Positions 41,736-50,616 of a stretch of DNA of 64,000 nucleotides are shown piece after piece. Below the pieces are notes generated by a model. That model was not told the origin of the DNA and made no database searches. It saw only the letters and a list, made by a program, of their open reading frames with translations. Position 1 is the first letter of the stretch. Each line of letters opens with the position of its first letter. This stretch comes from Actinomycetes bacterium (GTDB lineage Bacteria > Actinomycetota > Actinomycetes > Nanopelagicales > Nanopelagicaceae). The translations under genes and the position numbers were made by a program. The stretch lies in NCBI GenBank assembly GCA_037128715.1, contig JBAXVT010000001.1, forward strand, positions 5,075 through 69,074, read 5' to 3'.

Positions 41736-42317
41736 TTATTGTTTTGGTACAAAACGCCAGAGCGTTGGCATCGCTGTGCTGGCAATTGCGATCTTGATCA
41801 CTTCGCCCAAAATGAATGGCGTAAATCCAAATTTAAAAGTAGTCGCCCAGGAAGCGTGTAGTGAATGGTGTAACCAGAGCAGGCCAGCAGAGAAGATGAC
41901 CAAATCTCCAATTAACATCGTTGGAATTACGGTCAAGATCTTCTGATCCCATTTGCGGCCGGCGAGGTAACCGGTGATCAGAGAAGCGAGCAACATTCCA
42001 ACGAGGTATCCGCCAGTTGCTCCTGTGATTCGAGTTAAGCCATGTGCTCCTGATGCGAATACTGGAGCTCCCAAAAATCCAACGAGAAGATAGGTGGCAA
42101 ATGTTGTAAAGCCGAGTGATGCGCCATAGGCACTTCCTAGAAGAAGTGCGCCCAAAGTTTGCCCCGTAACAGGGACGGGCGATCCAGGTACTGGAACAGC
42201 TATCTGAGCCATGAGCGCCAAAAAGGCGGTCCCGCCGACTACAAGTGCAATCTGCGTGGAAACCGTACTGCGGGTAATGAGTGCACCGCGTAGTGTTGCA
42301 GTTGAAGAAATCGACAT
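41736..42317 (-). CDS. bioY: Biotin transporter S-component BioY
   Basis: 193-aa, six-TM protein with VPVTGQTLGALL and GGYLVG motifs. Confidence 0.88.
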   Translation of the reverse strand: MSISSTATLRGALITRSTVSTQIALVVGGTAFLALMAQIAVPVPGSPVPVTGQTLGALLLGSAYGASLGFTTFATYLLVGFLGAPVFASGAHGLTRITGATGGYLVGMLLASLITGYLAGRKWDQKILTVIPTMLIGDLVIFSAGLLWLHHSLHASWATTFKFGFTPFILGEVIKIAIASTAMPTLWRFVPKQ

Positions 42318-42401
42318 CTTTATCCCTTTCGAACCGTCGCTGTAAGCGTCTTGGACTAGTCTGAAGTTGTTATACGAGCCTACTATTGAAAGAATAAACC
42401 C

Positions 42402-43103
42402 GTGAGTAAGTCAGCAGATCTAAATAAAGAGCCAGAAGAAGTCGCCTCGATGTTTGATGGCGTCGCGAAGCGCTATGACATCATGAATGACCTACTCAGC
42501 CTGGGGCAGACCAAGGCTTGGCGCAAGAAGGCAACCGCAATCATCGCGCCGCACGCTGGAATGAAGATTTTAGATATCGCTGCAGGAACTGGCTCATCCA
42601 GTCGCCCCTTAGCTGACGCTGGTGCCGAAGTAATACCGGCTGATTTCTCGCAAGGCATGCTCGATGCCGGCAAGAAGCGCCACCCTGACCTGCACTTCAC
42701 CTTGGCCGATGCGCTCAACTTGCCATTTAAAGAGAACGAATTTGATGTCACGACAATCTCTTTTGGATTGCGTAACACCAACGATGTTAATAAGGCTTTG
42801 CAGGAAGCGCTGCGGGTAACCAAGCCCGGTGGTCGACTCGTCGTTGTTGAATTCTCGCACCCCACAAATAAGTTATTCCGCACAATTTATATGAAGTATT
42901 TAATGGGGCTCTTGCCAAAGGTTGCGCGCAAACTAGCTTCCAATCCCGATGCTTATATCTATCTAGCCCAATCAATTCAGGCTTGGCCTACCCAAGAACA
43001 ACTCGGAGAGAAGATTCAAACTGCCGGGTGGGGAAGTGTCGCTTGGCAGAACTTCACCTTTGGAATCGTTGCAGTGCATATCGCCTTCAAGGATGCGCAG
43101 TAA
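42402..43103 (+). CDS. menG: Demethylmenaquinone methyltransferase
   Basis: UbiE/MenG pattern FDGVAKRYDIMNDLLSLGQ..WRK and SAM motif LDIAAGTG. Confidence 0.93.
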   Translation: MSKSADLNKEPEEVASMFDGVAKRYDIMNDLLSLGQTKAWRKKATAIIAPHAGMKILDIAAGTGSSSRPLADAGAEVIPADFSQGMLDAGKKRHPDLHFTLADALNLPFKENEFDVTTISFGLRNTNDVNKALQEALRVTKPGGRLVVVEFSHPTNKLFRTIYMKYLMGLLPKVARKLASNPDAYIYLAQSIQAWPTQEQLGEKIQTAGWGSVAWQNFTFGIVAVHIAFKDAQ

Positions 43104-43106
43104 TCC

Positions 43107-44093
43107 ATGGCATTTGGAATTCCACATCTCGATGTAAAGCTAGAGCTCTCTATTCGCTCCGATATGAAACGAGTTGAAGAACTTCTTCTTAAACAAATTC
43201 AAGGGGACTATCCGCTCGTCATTGAAACTTCGCGTCACCTGGTTGAAGCCGGTGGCAAGCGCTTGCGACCGCTGCTCGCACTGTTAGCAGCGCAATTCGG
43301 AGACCCCAAGCGCCCTGAAATCATTGAAGCCGCTGTCGTTTGCGAGCTGACCCACCTGGCAACTTTGTACCACGACGATGTTATGGATGAAGCTCCGTTG
43401 CGCCGAGGCGTCGAAAGCGCGAACGCGCGCTGGAACAACACGGTAGCAATTTTGACAGGCGATTATCTCTTTGCGAAGGCATCAGATCTTTTAGCGGATC
43501 TTGGACCTGAGGCGGTTCGGCTACAAGCTCGTACATTTGAGCGTTTGGTAATTGGCCAAATAACTGAGACCCAGGGCTCTACAGCGGGACTTTCGATGCT
43601 CGATCACTATCTCGCGGTGGTGGCCGATAAGACTGGCTCACTTATTGCCACATCGGCACGCTTTGGCGCGCTGTTATCCGGAGCACCTGTTGAAGTAGTC
43701 GAATCGTTGACACGCTTTGGCGAAAAGATCGGCGTTGTCTTTCAATTGGCCGATGATGTAATTGATATCGCTTCAGAATCAAATGAAAGTGGCAAGACGC
43801 CAGGAACCGATCTGCGCGAAGGTGTTCCGACTCTTGTCACTCTCTTCGTTCTAGAGTCTCAAGATCCTGCAGATGCAGCTCTGAAAGAGATTCTCTCTGC
43901 CCCGATTAGTGACGAAGTGATTGTTGCCAGCACCTTAAAGGCGTTGCGCACGCACAGGGCGATGGAGACTTCCAAAGAATTACTGCATCGCTATGCGGAT
44001 GAGGCCCGGTTAGATCTTGATGGTTTGCCCGATGGCGCTGCTAAACGCGCTTTAATCGAACTCTGCGAAACTATTATTACTAGAACTTCCTGA
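43107..44093 (+). CDS. Long-chain polyprenyl diphosphate synthase (menaquinone side chain)
   Basis: DDxxD motifs LYHDDVMDE and QLADDVID. Confidence 0.9.
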   Translation: MAFGIPHLDVKLELSIRSDMKRVEELLLKQIQGDYPLVIETSRHLVEAGGKRLRPLLALLAAQFGDPKRPEIIEAAVVCELTHLATLYHDDVMDEAPLRRGVESANARWNNTVAILTGDYLFAKASDLLADLGPEAVRLQARTFERLVIGQITETQGSTAGLSMLDHYLAVVADKTGSLIATSARFGALLSGAPVEVVESLTRFGEKIGVVFQLADDVIDIASESNESGKTPGTDLREGVPTLVTLFVLESQDPADAALKEILSAPISDEVIVASTLKALRTHRAMETSKELLHRYADEARLDLDGLPDGAAKRALIELCETIITRTS

Positions 44094-44951
44094 TTTAACT
44101 AGGTCGTATCCCAAGGTAATAAGAGCGACCCACACAACTAGAAAACCCACCCAGCGACCAGTAGTCATTGCCTCGTGGCGAACCAGCACACCGATTAAGA
44201 ATTGCACTGAGGGCGTGATGTATTGAAGCAATCCGATGATGGTGAACTTCAGGGTGTTCGTCGAACTATTAAACATTAAAAGCGGAACTGCGGTAGCCAC
44301 ACCGGCAAACATGAGGAGAGCTGTAAGTCCTAGGTGATGCCCAAATTGACCAGTTCCTTTGTTGCCCATCCAAAGTAAATAGCCGCCATAAGGAATAAGC
44401 GAAAGTGTTGTCTCAATTGCCAACCCATCGAGAGCCGCCAGACCGAGTTGCTTCTTTACTAATCCATAACTACCCCACGATGCGGCCAGGGCGATTGCGA
44501 TCCAAGGTGGACGACCATAATCAACGGTCAAAACGATTACGCCAACAGTTGCAATTCCGACAGAGACCCATTGCAATTTGCGCATCTTCTCTTTGAGCAA
44601 GATGACGCCGAAGGCAATGATTATCAAGGGATTGATGTAATAACCCAGTGCACACTCGACGACGTGGCCGTGGTTGACGCCCCAGATATAGACCAACCAA
44701 TTTACAGAGACCAATACGGTTGAAATAGCCAGGCGCAGTGCAATTCGCCGACTTTTTAGTAGGGAGAATGTAGATCGAAGTTTGCCCATGGTAAGAAGAA
44801 GGATGATGCAGAGTACAAAGGTCCAGACCGCTCGGTGCGACACAATTTCAATGGAATTAGCAGGCTTGAGCAGTGGCCAATAAAGGGGGAAGAGTCCCCA
44901 GATTAGATATGACCCAATGCCTAAAAGCAGCCCAACTTTATAATTCTTCAT
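44052..44951 (-). CDS. rarD: EamA/RarD family transporter
   Basis: Ten-TM DMT protein with an N-terminus (GIGSYLIWGLFPLYWPLL...EIVSHRAVW) typical of RarD. Its 3' end overlaps the polyprenyl synthase by 42 nt. Confidence 0.8.
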   Translation of the reverse strand: MKNYKVGLLLGIGSYLIWGLFPLYWPLLKPANSIEIVSHRAVWTFVLCIILLLTMGKLRSTFSLLKSRRIALRLAISTVLVSVNWLVYIWGVNHGHVVECALGYYINPLIIIAFGVILLKEKMRKLQWVSVGIATVGVIVLTVDYGRPPWIAIALAASWGSYGLVKKQLGLAALDGLAIETTLSLIPYGGYLLWMGNKGTGQFGHHLGLTALLMFAGVATAVPLLMFNSSTNTLKFTIIGLLQYITPSVQFLIGVLVRHEAMTTGRWVGFLVVWVALITLGYDLVKSGSSSNNSFAEFD

Positions 44952-44960
44952 AACCCGCGC

Positions 44961-45449
44961 TTAACGATAATTTTGGAATTGAACCGAGAACTCCCAAGGA
45001 TGGTCCTTGACGATTTGGATTGCGGTCTGTAAGTCATCACGGTTCTTGCTCGTAACACGTAACTCTTCACCCTGGATCTGGGTTTTGAGAGTCTTGGGTC
45101 CTTCATCGCGCAAGAGCTTGGCAATCTTCTTCGCATCTTCGGTCTTGATGCCCTCTTTGAAGGCGGCAGAAATTTTGTAGATCTTTCCGCTGAGTTGCGG
45201 GGCGGATGCATCGAGGTGCTTCAGCGATACGCCACGCTTGATCAACTTATCCTTAAAGACTTCTAGCGCCGCTTTAGCGCGGTCTTCGGTATCGGCTTCA
45301 ATATTATATTTGTCGCCCGACTTCACAATAGAGGTGCCGGTATTTTTGAAATCAAATCGTGTAGAGATCTCGCGATCGGTGGAGTTATAGGCGTTGTCGA
45401 CTTCCATGTGATCAACTTCAGAGACGATATCGAAACTTGAATCAGCCAT
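44961..45449 (-). CDS. yajQ: YajQ family nucleotide-binding protein (UPF0234)
   Basis: 162 aa with SFDIVSEVDHMEVDNAYN...RFDFKNT. Confidence 0.9.
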   Translation of the reverse strand: MADSSFDIVSEVDHMEVDNAYNSTDREISTRFDFKNTGTSIVKSGDKYNIEADTEDRAKAALEVFKDKLIKRGVSLKHLDASAPQLSGKIYKISAAFKEGIKTEDAKKIAKLLRDEGPKTLKTQIQGEELRVTSKNRDDLQTAIQIVKDHPWEFSVQFQNYR

Positions 45450-46872
45450 TGTGTGCCTCCTGCTTTTTGATCCTGGTACGAGATAAGAGTATGTGTCCTA
45501 CAAAGCCTATAACCAGCGCAGCGATAACCCCTACGTTGGCACCAGCCCAAGCCCCACTCTTGCCTCCAATGAGGCCCATGAAGTAGCCCTGCCACGAGAG
45601 CCATGAAGCCAAGGAGTTCGTGACAAATCCCCAGCCGACAATCGTTCCGACGATTACGAGCCCGATGGATCGGAAGTTGTAGATTCCGTAACGACCTGTC
45701 GTTGAGAAGAGCTCGCTTTCAGCGTAATCAACTTTACGCATCAATATGTCTGCAACGAAGATAGTTGACCAAACGGCGATTGGTACGCCAAGGGTGATGA
45801 GAAATCCTTGAAACGGAGTACTGAAATTCGGAGCGATCCATACAAAATATATGGTTCCAATTAACATGATGGTCGCATCGATTGAGGCTGCTACATGGCG
45901 CTTCACTGGCAAACCAATTGAAACCAGAGTGATGCCAGAAGAGTAAAGATCGAGGATCGCGCCTCCTACTAGCCCCAATATTGCAACGACGGCAAAGGGA
46001 ATCAAATACCAGGTAGGCAAGATGGTTGTAAGCGCACCGATGGGATCGGAAGCGATGGCGTTACTTAAGGCAGGCGAGGATCCAGCGAGAAGTGCACCGT
46101 AAATTACCAAGATGACTGGAACTATCGAAGAGCCAAAGACCGTCCAGAAAATCACGCCGCCACTAGAAGTTTTACGAGGAAGGTAACGCGAATAATCTGC
46201 CGCCGAATTTACCCAACCCAGGCCGATACCAGTAATTCCCAGAATCATTGCTCCGATGAATCCAGCCTTGCTGCCGGCATGAATCGATTGCACCATATGC
46301 CAATTCACCTTATGAATTGTTAAGGCGATGTACCCAGCTGTGAGAATAATGGTCGCGCTGGTTAACCAGCGTTGAATTCGCATAATTGTGTGGAAACCCA
46401 AGACGCCACCGAAGACCGTCAACCCAGCAGCAACGATAAATCCTAAAATCCCTGCCAAATTGTGATTAATGTGTCCGAGTCTGGCGAAGACTGTTTGCGC
46501 CGCAAGGGTGGCAAGTGAAACGAGAACAGTCTCCCAACCAACAAATACTAAGTAAGAGAGAAAACCGGGCAAGATATTTCCTTTGACCCCAAATGCGGCG
46601 CGCGAGAGCGTCATTGTTGGAGCGTTCGAACGTTTGCCAGCAAGAGAACTAACTCCCACCAAGATAAATGATCCGACGGTACCGATGATCGCGGCCCACG
46701 TGGCCTGCCAGAACGAGATGCCAAATCCTAGAAAGAATGACCCATACGAGAGGGCGAGGAGCGAGACATTGCCAGCTGCCCAAGGCCAGAAGAGTGATCG
46801 AGCGGTACCGTGACGTTCGCTCTCGGAGATGAAGTTGGTGCCGTGCGGCTCAATAGAATCCAGAATATTCAC
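45442..46872 (-). CDS. NCS1 family purine/cytosine-type permease
   Basis: 476-aa, 12-TM protein with the N-terminal ERHGTARSLFWPW motif typical of NCS1/CodB-like permeases. It overlaps yajQ by 8 nt. Confidence 0.85.
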   Translation of the reverse strand: MNILDSIEPHGTNFISESERHGTARSLFWPWAAGNVSLLALSYGSFFLGFGISFWQATWAAIIGTVGSFILVGVSSLAGKRSNAPTMTLSRAAFGVKGNILPGFLSYLVFVGWETVLVSLATLAAQTVFARLGHINHNLAGILGFIVAAGLTVFGGVLGFHTIMRIQRWLTSATIILTAGYIALTIHKVNWHMVQSIHAGSKAGFIGAMILGITGIGLGWVNSAADYSRYLPRKTSSGGVIFWTVFGSSIVPVILVIYGALLAGSSPALSNAIASDPIGALTTILPTWYLIPFAVVAILGLVGGAILDLYSSGITLVSIGLPVKRHVAASIDATIMLIGTIYFVWIAPNFSTPFQGFLITLGVPIAVWSTIFVADILMRKVDYAESELFSTTGRYGIYNFRSIGLVIVGTIVGWGFVTNSLASWLSWQGYFMGLIGGKSGAWAGANVGVIAALVIGFVGHILLSRTRIKKQEAHNG

Positions 46873-46972
46873 AGAGGCATTCTAACGGTGACGAGAACGC
46901 CAAGTCGCAGTGAAGGTTAACGGGACACGAAGAATGGTTAGCATTTCCGAAGTTATGCGCTAATTTTCTCGC

Positions 46973-47575
46973 ATGGCCGAATTGATTTATTACTGCGGAA
47001 CGATGGATAGCGGTAAATCCACACTTGCATTGCAAACTGCTCACAACCGCAAGAGTCGAGGTCTAGAAGGATTGATTCTTACCAACCGCGATCGCGGTGG
47101 CACCGGTGTAATCACAAGTCGATTAGGTTTACAGGCAACGGCATATGAAGTGAGTCCCGAATTCGACATCTTTGAATACATCACCACCGAGAAAGCGAAT
47201 GGTCGCAAGATTGAATATGTGATCTGCGATGAAACTCAATTCTTTGAACGTGCTCATATCGAACAACTCTCCCGCGTTGTCGATGAGATGGGTATTGATG
47301 TATTTGCCTTTGGCATCTTGACGGATTTTCGTACCAAGTTGTTTCCAGGATCTGAGCGACTCATTGAATTAGCTGACCGAGTACTTCCTTTGCAGGTAGA
47401 AGCTCTTTGCTGGTGTGGCGCTCGCGCTACCCATAATGCGCGCGTGGCCAATGGAGTAATGGTCACCGAAGGCGATCAAATCTTGCCAGGCGATGTTGGA
47501 ACGCCACAGACAATTGGATACGAAGTTCTCTGCCGCAAGCATCATATGCAGAAGGTCAATTCAGCCCGCTCTTAA
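46973..47575 (+). CDS. tdk: Thymidine kinase
   Basis: P-loop GTMDSGKST and a C-terminal zinc ribbon (CWCG...CRKH). Confidence 0.93.
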   Translation: MAELIYYCGTMDSGKSTLALQTAHNRKSRGLEGLILTNRDRGGTGVITSRLGLQATAYEVSPEFDIFEYITTEKANGRKIEYVICDETQFFERAHIEQLSRVVDEMGIDVFAFGILTDFRTKLFPGSERLIELADRVLPLQVEALCWCGARATHNARVANGVMVTEGDQILPGDVGTPQTIGYEVLCRKHHMQKVNSARS

Positions 47576-47600
47576 ATAGTTGAATATGTTTTGCGAATAA

Positions 47601-47642
47601 AAATAACCTGTGGCGACCCCCTCGGGAAGCCACAGGTTATTT
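47601..47642. terminator. Bidirectional intrinsic terminator between tdk and the ABC importer operon
   Basis: Perfect 14-bp stem AAATAACCTGTGGC / GCCACAGGTTATTT with a 14-nt loop. T-rich runs follow the stem on both strands. It lies in the only convergent gap that has room for a terminator. Confidence 0.75.
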
Positions 47643-47662
47643 CGGTACTTTATTGGTTATAC

Positions 47663-48772
47663 CTAGAGCGCTCCAGCACCAGTGCTGAAGTAATTAGGGA
47701 AACGTGTCGCTTTTGCAATATCTCTTTGCGCCGCGATTACATATTTATCTGTGTATGTCGCGTACAAATTGACACTCTTCATATCTTTAGCCGTCCAAGC
47801 GCCAGAAGCTAACTTTCCACGCCCGTCAATTGTCATGACACTTCGTGGGCCAGCTGATGGCATCTTGCCGGTTGGGTTGTACATAACCAGCTCATTGTTG
47901 AGCGCGGTGACATAGGTATCAAGTCCAGTGCCTGCGTAATAATCGGCAGGCACCTTGGCTGCGATCTGAGCAGCGCTATGGGATTCGATGAACTTGGTCG
48001 TGTCCATCATCGCATCCACTAAACGTTGAGTCAGATCTGGGTGAGCTGCTATCCAGTCTTCGCGTCCATACACGCAAGTTGCTGGGTATGGGCCGCCGAG
48101 TGCTGTTTGAGTTAGTGAGCCATAACGCATGTCAACCAGGACATAGCCAAGACCTTGACCCAAGACAGCTGAGATAGTTGGCTCAGTCGTCATCCCACAG
48201 TCAATCGCCTTGTTCTTCATTGCCGCTATGAAGGTTGTACCCGCACCGGCAACAAATGAATGCATAGCAGACTGTGGAACACCGGCTTTAGCCCCGAGTG
48301 AAAGAGTGAGGAAGTTGGTCGATGAACCAAGGCCAGTCACCCCAAGACTTACACCACCAGGAACTTTAGCCCAGTCAGCGACCGAAGTAATAGTGCTCTT
48401 CAGGTCGTTTCGACAAAGCTCGACTTCACCAGGAGATTGCAACAATGTAGCAACATTTACTGTGTTCTTACCCTTGATACGAAGGTCGATGTTGTGGTCG
48501 TAGAAGCCAAGAACAAAATCAACGGATCCTGTCAACATGTCGTTTTCAGCGCTTGCTCCGGCAGCTTCGTCGGTTAGTACAACGTTGATGCCATACTTTT
48601 TGTAGTAACCGAGCTGCTGTGCGAGCATTGCATGAATATAGATCTGTTTGGAAAGGCCACCCACTTCAATTCGTACAGTAGGTACAGTGGCATTTGCCGG
48701 AGTGCCGACTAACATTGTTACACAAAGTACAAACGCAGACGCGATTGCAACTCGTCGATTTGTCTTTCTCAT
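47663..48772 (-). CDS. ABC transporter substrate-binding protein (NMT1/THI5-like, NitT/TauT family)
   Basis: Signal peptide MRKTNRRVAIASAFVLCVTMLVGTPANA. I chose the ATG at 48772 because AAGGGAG lies 6 nt upstream. It sits in an operon with a NitT/TauT-type permease and ATPase. Confidence 0.8.
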   Translation of the reverse strand: MRKTNRRVAIASAFVLCVTMLVGTPANATVPTVRIEVGGLSKQIYIHAMLAQQLGYYKKYGINVVLTDEAAGASAENDMLTGSVDFVLGFYDHNIDLRIKGKNTVNVATLLQSPGEVELCRNDLKSTITSVADWAKVPGGVSLGVTGLGSSTNFLTLSLGAKAGVPQSAMHSFVAGAGTTFIAAMKNKAIDCGMTTEPTISAVLGQGLGYVLVDMRYGSLTQTALGGPYPATCVYGREDWIAAHPDLTQRLVDAMMDTTKFIESHSAAQIAAKVPADYYAGTGLDTYVTALNNELVMYNPTGKMPSAGPRSVMTIDGRGKLASGAWTAKDMKSVNLYATYTDKYVIAAQRDIAKATRFPNYFSTGAGAL

Positions 48773-48794
48773 CTTGCTCCCTTTTTCTGGATGT

Positions 48795-49631
48795 TTAGAG
48801 TTCTGCACCAGAAACCTGTGTTGGCCGCCAATTGAGGAGGCGGTTTTCCATTTTCGTAATTAGCCATTCGGCGGAGAGAGCCATAATGGCGATCAATAGC
48901 ATTGCGGCATAAACACCATTAGGGTTGAAATTTCCTTGTGCGGTCGCGATCAAGAGTCCCAATCCGCGCTGTGCTCCCAAGAACTCTCCAACGATTGCTC
49001 CGATCAGCGCGAAACCAAAGCTCACATGCATGGATGCCGTGATCCAAGAAAGAGCAGAAGGAAAAATCACCCTGAGAGTAATTTGACGTTTAGAGGCTCC
49101 TAGTAACTTCGCGTTTGCGATAAGTTTGTGATCTGCCTCGCGCGTGCCCTGAAAGGCGTTGAAGAAGACGGGAAAAAAGACTAAGACAAAGGCGAGTGCA
49201 ACCTTGGATATTGATCCAAGGCCTAGCCATAGAACAAAGATAGAACCCAAAACTACGCGAGGAATTGAGTTTGATACCTTTATATATGGAGCAAAGATCT
49301 CTGCGGCAGTTGGATTTCGGGCTAGAAAAACTCCAAAGATAATTCCTAGAATTACCCCGGCAAAGAATCCGTACGTTGCTTCATAAAAGGTTACCCAAGC
49401 GTTCATCCAGAGAGAGCCGATCGACGTCCCGCTCTTGATCCATACCCCAAGTTGATGCAAAACTCCGCTTGGACGTCCATAAAAGAAAGGGTCAAGTATT
49501 TTGTGATCCGCAAGCAATTGCCAGCTTCCTAGAAGAAAGATTGCAAGTGAAAGTTGGAGGCTATGCACTTTGATGCGGTGTTTGGAACGGCTCTTCTTAA
49601 TCGCTGCTTCTGAGAGAAATTCTTCAGCCAT
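48795..49631 (-). CDS. ABC transporter permease (NitT/TauT family)
   Basis: Six-TM binding-protein-dependent permease with an EAA-like loop (AKLLGASKRQITLRVIFP). Confidence 0.88.
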   Translation of the reverse strand: MAEEFLSEAAIKKSRSKHRIKVHSLQLSLAIFLLGSWQLLADHKILDPFFYGRPSGVLHQLGVWIKSGTSIGSLWMNAWVTFYEATYGFFAGVILGIIFGVFLARNPTAAEIFAPYIKVSNSIPRVVLGSIFVLWLGLGSISKVALAFVLVFFPVFFNAFQGTREADHKLIANAKLLGASKRQITLRVIFPSALSWITASMHVSFGFALIGAIVGEFLGAQRGLGLLIATAQGNFNPNGVYAAMLLIAIMALSAEWLITKMENRLLNWRPTQVSGAEL

Positions 49632-49633
49632 GA

Positions 49634-50446
49634 TTACTTTCCCTTCCCGGGAGCCACGAGTTGTCGTTGATAAGCGATATCAACTTCATCACGGAGCACA
49701 CTCCAGATGTCTTGATAAATCTTTAGAAATTCCTCTGTGAAACGAATATCTCGAGCCTTGCGCGGGCGAACCAAATCAATTTTGAAATCCGCCTTCACTT
49801 TTGCGGGACCGGCGGTTAAGACGATCACACGATCAGAGAGCGCTATGGCTTCTTCTAAATCATGGGTAACAAATACGACGGTCGACCCAGTCGTCTCCCA
49901 GATAGTCACGAGCTCATCTGTCATGATGCTCCGAGTTTGTACATCCAATGCGCTAAATGGTTCATCCATAAGGAGCAATGAAGGTTCGTTAATGAGCGAT
50001 TGCGCAAGAGCCACCCGCTTCTTCATGCCGCCAGATAATTGATGCGGGAAGTTACTTTCAAAACCAGTGAGTCCTACTTTTCCGATCCAGGTTCGGACGA
50101 GCTCGTCATAATTTTTCAACCCGCGAAATTTGGGGCCGGCCGCAATGTTGTTGTAGACATTCATCCAGGGAAATGTTGCATCATGCTGGAAGACGAAACC
50201 CGTCGAAGTATCAATTTCAGTAACTTCTTTGCCGTTTACTTTTACAGATCCGATACTTGGCTGCTCCAATCCCGCTAAGAGTGTGAGCGCAGTTGATTTT
50301 CCACAACCCGTTGGACCCACTAGCGAGACAAATTCGCCCGCCTTGACTTCAAAATCAAGGCCAGCCAGCGCTTGATACCAAGTACCCTTCGGAGTTCGAA
50401 AGCGTTTAGAGACATTTTCAAAAGTGACTGGACTTCCACTGTTCAT
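49634..50446 (-). CDS. ABC transporter ATP-binding protein (NitT/TauT family)
   Basis: Walker A GPTGCGKST, signature LSGGMKKR and Walker B LLLMDEPFSALD. Confidence 0.93.
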   Translation of the reverse strand: MNSGSPVTFENVSKRFRTPKGTWYQALAGLDFEVKAGEFVSLVGPTGCGKSTALTLLAGLEQPSIGSVKVNGKEVTEIDTSTGFVFQHDATFPWMNVYNNIAAGPKFRGLKNYDELVRTWIGKVGLTGFESNFPHQLSGGMKKRVALAQSLINEPSLLLMDEPFSALDVQTRSIMTDELVTIWETTGSTVVFVTHDLEEAIALSDRVIVLTAGPAKVKADFKIDLVRPRKARDIRFTEEFLKIYQDIWSVLRDEVDIAYQRQLVAPGKGK

Positions 50447-50616
50447 GGAGTGAGGGTAAATGCCACTTCCCCAGAAACAATGCTTCTGCCGAATAGCCGA
50501 TATTTCGCAACTTAATCTGCGTTTTGCTCATTAATCTCACAGCCTAACTACAGACAAACAGGGCACCAGCCGTGAGAATTGCCAGTGTTAAAGTAGAAAA
50601 GGCCGAGGAGGTGAAT

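Noticed and set aside
50447-50616. Possible TPP (THI-box) riboswitch upstream of the NMT1/THI5-like ABC importer, and a TTAATCT direct repeat (50512-50518 and 50531-50537)
   Set aside because: Reading the minus strand, I found only CTGTGAGA and no ACCTGA / GGGA-type THI-box core in register. A single 7-mer repeat in 170 nt is expected by chance about once (about 14,000 pairs x 4^-7).
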